From the human T2T-CHM13v2.0 reference genome, Homo sapiens: DNA of 64,000 nt. The notes under the pieces were generated by a model. That model was not told where the DNA came from. It saw only the letters and a list, made by a program, of their open reading frames with translations, and did no database searches. The stretch is from assembly GCF_009914755.1 (NCBI RefSeq), contig NC_060925.1; one strand, 5' to 3'. This document shows, in pieces, positions 60,196 to 64,000 of the stretch (position 1 is the stretch's first letter; every line of letters begins with the position of its first letter). The translations under genes and the position numbers were made by a program.

Positions 60196-61056
60196 TGTCT
60201 TTCCATGTTAGTCAAAATATATCTTTGAAAACACTGAAAGGAATTGATATAATTAGCTAAATTGTGATAACATTTGTTTCCTTGTCTTTCAAGACAGGAG
60301 GCTTGGATTTTGGCCCTTGTCCTTCTACTCACTAGTTTTGTGACCTTGGACAAGTTGCTGAACAGCTCTCAGCCCCTGTAAAATAAGGGTTGGGCTAGCT
60401 GATCCCAAAGGTCTCCCCTTCCATCTCCAGAATTCTTTGAGTTCATGCTGACCCCTGCTGTTGGCCATGTGGCCTCTTGGCCCAGCCCTGGCTTCCTGCC
60501 CATCTTCTGAGCACTCCTTATAATCCTGCAGCCTGTGCCTGTTGTCTCTCACCTGGCTGGTGCCTCTTCACAACAGTGGGTTGGTGCCTCTGAGGGCTCT
60601 GGAAATTGTTCGGTCCTTGTGTAGGCGACTGCTGCCTGATTGCAGCCCATTTCCTGCACACTAAGGATCTTTCCCTGTGGTTCTCTAGGGTACAGAAGTG
60701 TCCCCACCACCAGGCTAACTGGGCTTTCAGGCAGACCCCTGGGGGAAGTCACAGAAACAGTAAAACTAATAAGCCATTTCTAGATGACAGACTGTTTCGT
60801 ATCATTACCAATTTTCTTTTATGTGTGCAAGTTTTGATTGAGGATATCAGCCATGAGTAAGCTGGGGCTGACTAATCAAGCCTCAGCCCTCACAAATGTG
60901 ACTTGTGTCTTCTCCCTTCAGCCTAGGAAAGAGCCTGGAAGATGTTCCACAGGTTGCCCTTTTCCCAGTATGCCCCAGACCACAGTGAGAAGAGACACAG
61001 ACATCTTGAGATGTGTATAAATATTGCTACTACTTTGGCTTTTACACCCTTCCTGA

Positions 61057-61371
<315 letters not shown>

Positions 61372-64000
61372 GAAGAGTTGAAATTCTGACATCTCCAACC
61401 AATAGACTCAGCTGGCTAAAAAATGTGCCCCTAGTATTTGGGGAATTTCTTCCTTTTCATTGCTTTGGTCTGAACAAGGAAGGTTCAAAATGATGCTGGA
61501 TAAATACCACCTACTAAAAGGATACATTCTAGAAAGTCTATGTGTTATAGAAGAAACTTATGTGTATGAGCTCAGTCCTTACTGCATCTTGGCTGCTGTC
61601 TGGCCCTCCCTGGCTACTTTGAGGTGCTACTGTTGATGCTGCTGCTAAGCCTAGTGATTTCATCTCAGTGGTTTTGGATGCAGATATTTTTGAGGCTTAT
61701 CCCTTTAGGATGTACTGAGAAGCGAATATTAGCTGATTTGGTGTCTGTCCAGTGTACACTACTTTGCTTATGTTGCAGCGAGGAGTTAAAAAACACACAC
61801 ATTTTTGGTACAACTATTCGTTTTCCCATTTTCTGAAAGCTGGCGCATTGAAACGTTTTCTTATTTATTAGAAGACATTACAGTCCATCATCTTTGATTG
61901 AGAAATCCTTACAGTAAGTTCCAAGTTAAGACCATAGTGTGTAACTCACGGCATGACACAGCACAGGGTACTGAGTCACATTAGTCAAAGTAAAAACAGT
62001 TATGACCCTTGAAGGAATAAATTATTTGTGTCCAACTTTACTTTTCAATACAGGACATTGCTACTTTGCTTTGTAATCTTTTTTTTTTTTTAGTACTTCC
62101 GCAGCATTAAGGGAATATTGACTCTGTTTCTGACATTGTGCAAGATTACAAAGTCCAAAATGGAATGGAACCAGTTATAAGTGAATGGCAGAATGGATCA
62201 TAGGTGTTTTTTAAAGGCTTGGGTGAATGAGTTATTAGATCACTGTACATATGGGACTGTCACAATTATAGAGATGAAACTGAGGCCAGGGGCTGTTATT
62301 ATTGAAAAGTTCCATGGAGCAGGTGGGGCTGGAGAGTCGGGAGCCAGGAGCAGGAGGAAATGCATTTCAGGTATGAAAGTGGGCAGTACGGTTTCTCAGA
62401 GGTGGGAGTAGATAAATGTGTACAGGTTGGTGTCCCATTTGGGGATTAGCTAACTTCAGCTGGAAAAGTAATAGAGACCTTAGGGGACGTGGATATTAAA
62501 CTCTGGGGAAGGGAGGTTGGTGGAGAAGAATGTGAGCAAAGTCACCCTGAAAGATGTTGGCAGCATCACCAGCGCCCACAGAGCAGCTAAGAGCCGGCAT
62601 GTGTGAGGCTGGAGAGGTCCGCTGGAGCTTACAGGAAGCCAGCCTGCTAAATTAAGGTGATAAGTCAGGCCATAATCCTATTTTTGGTTGTTTCTTATAA
62701 GAAAAACAACTCACAAAACAATTACTGATGTTCCCCCCAGATAGTTTATCAGAGCATTTCTTCAAAGGACTATGACCTGATAAGAGACACATAAGTTTTA
62801 GAGCAATGATGGGAATTTTAGTTGGTTTTCTATGGAAACAAGGTTTATGCAATCATGTGATCTATTCATCGGAGTCCTATTTTCATTACCATTTATCCCA
62901 CAAACAAGTTTCAGCGGAAACAGTAGTATGAATCCCAGGAAGCCTAGTGTCATACGTGGCTCATAAATAATTGGGGAAGGTACCTTTGTTAGCCCATCTA
63001 GGGAGGGCCACAGAGGTAGCAAGGTGGCATATGCTGCCCAGTGGTACCCTCAGGGACCCCACATTCCAGCACCGAGTTAGCTCACACCACAGGCTGAAAG
63101 GTAGTTATCATGCAGCAGGATGTGACTTTGGGTCATTAGAAAACAGCAGTGATGAGGCAAGCTCTGCTTTCTGTCCAGTATGTTCATTTAAGGCATTTGG
63201 GCCTCAAGACAAAGAAGTGTGAAAACTGAGCACATAATCAAGTGTTGGTGACCCCTCTTGAGGTTTTCCCAAGTACCCCTCCCACCAGTCCTTAGAAACG
63301 ACTGGAAGATAGATGCACACAACACCTTCTTTGGTTTATATATTTGTCTTGGAATTATTTCCAGTTATTTGATTCTTTGGATTTCAAGTAAAGCCTCATT
63401 TCCTCAGTGAAATGAGGACATGTTGGACCCAGGAGCGCTGCCGCCTACAGCATGGGCCAGCCTGCGTCAGCTCTTGGTGATGGGCTGTCACTCAGCCACC
63501 TTCCTTGAGAGCACAGCCATCGGTTTGTGATGATCTGTTTATTAGGATGAGCATTTGTGTGTCTCACCCAACCGTAAGCAGCTCGAAAGCAGGATCATGT
63601 CTGTTTTTGCTTACCCCAGCATGTAGGAACTTGAATCTTTGAATAATTGAATTAATGTATGTGCTTAGAAAAATGCCTATAAGGTGTGTATATTATATAT
63701 ATTTAAAATTGTGGACGTTAAGTTATAACAGGGGCAGAAGATATCTATGTGTCCTTTTTACTATCTTTCTTATGTGTGCTTATTTATCTTCTTTTGTTTG
63801 GAAAGAATTGCGTGTGACTTCATTTCTAAGACAGGTTTTTGTGGTAGAGTAGGAAAAAATGAAATCTATACATGTTAAAGAAGGGGTGAGAAAAGTCTCC
63901 ATTCTTCTTCCTGTGGATTTTCTCGTTTTTTTCCTTGGCAGCTTGGGTGGAAGACAGATGACTCATGAGTTCTCATTATTGTTTCTCCACTGCCTCCACC

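Overview
Primate (most likely human) genomic DNA, not microbial. About 50 kb of repeat-rich intergenic sequence leads into a CpG-island promoter and the first coding exon of PTGFRN (ATG 50652; MGRLASRPLLLALLSL + phase-1 donor GTGAGT at 50701; human locus 1p13.1). The rest of the window is PTGFRN intron 1. The left end holds an ERV1 cluster: a MER41 LTR end, a minus-strand solo LTR7 (TSD GAAGC) and a 6-kb env-deleted HERV-H provirus (2796-8844, TSD ATATC) nested in a MER63 transposon. The most unusual observation is that the two proviral LTRs carry different U3 types (LTR7B/type II at 5', type I LTR7 at 3') although the TSDs match perfectly. The provirus also has a Phe-like PBS, reciprocal TATA/poly(A)-signal loss between the LTRs, and an in-frame integrase-Env-TM fusion ORF. 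Nearly all ORFs in the supplied track are artefacts of Alu, L1, LTR or GC-rich sequence. I see no convincing new protein-coding system. Repeat subfamily names come from my recall of consensus sequences and need RepeatMasker/Dfam confirmation. Boundaries of old repeats are approximate.
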